NCBI RefSeq assembly: GCF_006345805.1
Contig: NW_021827459.1
Span: 1-10,361 of the forward strand
Reading direction: 5' to 3'
Source of the DNA: Octopus sinensis
Taxonomy: Eukaryota
DNA: 10,361 nt
Shown here: positions 8,033 through 10,361 of the stretch, piece by piece
Layout: the number at the start of each line of letters is the position of its first letter
How positions within the stretch are numbered: position 1 is the first letter of the stretch
Made by a program: the position numbers and the translations under genes
Notes under the pieces: model-generated
The model's database searches: none
What the model was told of the DNA's origin: nothing
Seen by the model: only the letters and a program-made list of their open reading frames with translations

Positions 8033-8322
8033 TCTTTATATATAAAAGTGAAGTTGTGTGTCTGTCTCCTACGATTCCTAACTACTCCCACATTTTGCGG
8101 TGCAGTTTAACCAAAAGCGGGTATCTTATAGTCGTGATTCATATCGAGCCCTTCTGGGTATTAGCGCGCGTCTACGATGAGTCTACGATTTAAAAAAAAA
8201 ATTACCATCATTTTTTTCCATTTTTAATGCATTTTTTTCCTATTTTTTGGCTATAACTCTCTAAAAATGCTTATATAGTTATTTCCCTTTCAAACCCGAG
8301 CAACGCCGGGAGATACTGTTAG
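8033..8322 (+). mobile_element. Non-autonomous Helitron, 290 bp
   Basis: 5' TC(tttatatataaa), 3' hairpin cccg-agcaacgc-cggg at 8295-8310, terminus TTAG (CTAG variant), inserted between A (8032) and T (8323), no TSD. Confidence 0.8.
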
Positions 8323-8537
8323 TTTATTATATATATTTGTAATGGACTATTAAGTCCAATAATTGTCGTTTTTGATGGAAAAAAAAGAACAATGTTTTAG
8401 AGAAGCAGAAAATCGGCGGGTGTTTTCTCCCTTCTTTCATCAATATCATCCTTGTTTCATCATTCACCTCATCAATGTATATGTCCAGCCCGCAAGCTGC
8501 TCTTTGTAATGCCTTTATGGCAAATCTTAATGAAATA

Positions 8538-9148
8538 AAGTAGCTTGCTTACCAACCACATGGTTCCGGGTTCAGTCCCACTGCGTGGCACCTTGGGCAA
8601 GTATCTTCTACTATAGCCTTGAGCCGACCAAAGCTTTGTGAGTGGATTTGGTAGACGGAAACTGAAAGAAGCCCATCATACATATGTATATACTCTCTTT
8701 TACTTGTTTCAGTCATTTGACTGCGGCCATGCTGGAGCATCGCCTTTAATCGAGCAACTCGACCCCGGGACTTATTCTTTTGTAAGCCCAGTACTTATTC
8801 TATCGGTCTCTTTTGCCGAACCGCTAAGTAACGGGGACATAAACACACCAGCATCGGTTGTCAAGCAATGCTAGGGGTACAAACACAGACACACAAACAT
8901 ACACACACACACACACACACACATATATATTATATATATATATATATATAATATATAATATATATATATATATATACATATATACGACGGGCTTCTTTCA
9001 GTTTCCGTCAACCAAATCCACTCACAAGGCTTTGGTAGGCCCGAGGCTATAGTAGAAGACACTTGCCCAAGGTGCCACGCAGTGGGACTGAACCCGGAAC
9101 CATGTGGTCGGTAAACAAGCTACTTACCACACAACCACTCCTGCGCCA

Positions 9149-9185
<37 letters not shown>

Positions 9186-9387
9186 GTGTGTCTGTGTTTG
9201 TCCCCCCAACATCACTTGACAACCGATGCTGGTGTGTTTACGTCCACGTAACTTAGAAGTTCGGCAAAAGATAACCGATAGAATAAGTACTAGGCTTACA
9301 AAGAATAAGTCCTGGGGTCGATTTGCTCGACAAAAGGTGGTGCTCCAGCATGGCCACAGTCAAATGACTGAAACAAGTGAAAGAGTA
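8538..9387 (+). mobile_element. SINE S outer copy (head 8538-8692, tail 9148-9387), A box missing, interrupted by a nested copy
   Basis: B box gggttcagtccc, CORE-like accttgggcaagt. The tail resumes at (TG)n and ends ccagcatggccacagtcaaatgactgaaacaagtgaaagagta. Confidence 0.9.
8693..9147 (-). mobile_element. SINE S full-length inner copy, inverted, inside the microsatellite of the outer copy
   Basis: Reverse complement starts ggcgcaggagtggttgtgtggtaag (A-box-like) and runs through the B box, CORE-like block, internal (TA)/(TG), Meta-like block and tail. Possible short TSD atatgt on both sides. Confidence 0.92.
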
Positions 9388-9849
9388 CACAATTCGATTA
9401 CTACTTTGCATGACAAAATTTCAACGAACTTAAACGCTTATGATCAAGGGAATTAACTCTTCACAAAAGGTGTAGAGTTACTTCCCTTAAAATATATATC
9501 AGAGGGCAGTCACTTCGAATGGCAAAACCTTCGGTCATTGATCATTCGCAACTATCTCATTTATATTTGTCCTCTACTCAGGAAATTTAACCTACAAATG
9601 TCCTGGTCCACTGGGCGAGTACAACGCCGTAACAATGAAAACTTTATAAAAGATTAGGCGACCGTTGTTTAGCCCCAGGTAAAGTCTGGTTAAGCAGACT
9701 TGTCATCAAGATCATCTTATTTATTGGTGAGACGTTCTTCTAAGCATGACTGTTTTATTGTGACTACGCACTACAAGATCCAATCCCACTGCCCAGTGCA
9801 GCATATTGATCAACTTTTCTTTACAGATAATTTTAATGTCTCGTCGTTA

Positions 9850-10062
9850 GACTGCGGCCATGCTGCAGCACGGCCTTGAGGAATTTTAGTCGAGCGAATC
9901 GACCCACTGTACTTATTGTTTTAAACTTGGTAATTCTTCTATCGGTCTCTTATGCCAAATTGCTAAGTTATGGAGACGTACACTCACCAACGCCGTTTAT
10001 CAAGAAGGGAAGCAAACACACACACATACACACACATACATACATACATACATGCTTGCTTA
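9850..10062 (-). mobile_element. Older S-related SINE, 3' half, ending in (CA)/(CATA) microsatellite
   Basis: gactgcggccatgctg..gca..gcctt...ttagtcga..gaatcgaccc...tctatcggtctctt.tgcc.aa..gctaagt matches the S tail. Confidence 0.8.
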
Positions 10063-10071
10063 CATACGCAC

Positions 10072-10361
10072 GCAGTACCAGGGAGTGCCCTTCATGGCTT
10101 TTGATCTTAACTGGTTGGAAGTGTTATCATGCACGTTGTTTTCTCTTGGTATAAAAGATGGGCTACAGCAAATATTCTGCTCAAGGCCACAGATTGGCTT
10201 GTCAGTTGTTTGACCTTCATCAGCTGAGCATGTCCCTTAGTGGCTGACGATATGCGCATCTCTGATCACGAGCAGAAGTAGTGCGGGGAGCATCAAAGCT
10301 ATGTGTTGAGAGGGATTCTTTGATGTATGGATAATTCACCTTTGGAAACATGGATGTTTCG
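10072..10361 (+). mobile_element. Family Y copy running off the window end
   Basis: 10190-10361 aligns with 2914-3080. Confidence 0.75.

Noticed and set aside
8345-8535. Minus-strand open stretch FAIKALQRAACGLDIYIDEVNDETRMILMKEGRKH and the small palindrome tggact-atta-agtcca
   Set aside because: No recognisable motif and only weak splice signals; may be an old TE remnant. A translated search would settle it.
9582-9649. Plus-strand candidate terminal exon (acceptor tttgtcctctactcag, xNLTYKCPGPLGEYNAVTMKTL*)
   Set aside because: Good acceptor but only about 22 codons, no partner exon in the window and no family motif; plausible by chance.

Overview
Repeat-saturated eukaryotic DNA, not prokaryotic: no rRNA, true tRNA, operon or CRISPR array. 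The mix of (TA)n/(AAT)n microsatellites and tRNA-derived SINE families matches what I recall from Octopus genomes (recognition, not a database search). Most ORFs in the track are translations of microsatellites or SINEs. The one probable host-gene element is missed by the track: a 25-codon signal-peptide first exon on the minus strand (874-799, MSRIWLSFSLLLLVSYVESLKWSQC plus a phase-1 GTAAGT donor). It has TATA and Inr-like motifs 30 nt apart, and its exon architecture resembles NPC2/ML-domain genes. The rest of the window lies upstream of that exon and contains: pieces of Tx1/L1-clade LINEs (ORF1 with CCHC knuckle, degenerate RT, ORF2 C-terminus plus 3' end), at least three SINE families with swapped tails, an (AAT)n-tailed retroposon, an unclassified hairpin-rich repeat and a mini-Helitron. 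The most notable signals are a SINE tail matching the Tx1 3' end, a SINE chain broken repeatedly at the same site, and a SINE inserted inverted inside its own family. I see no well-supported wholly new system beyond these retroposon observations.
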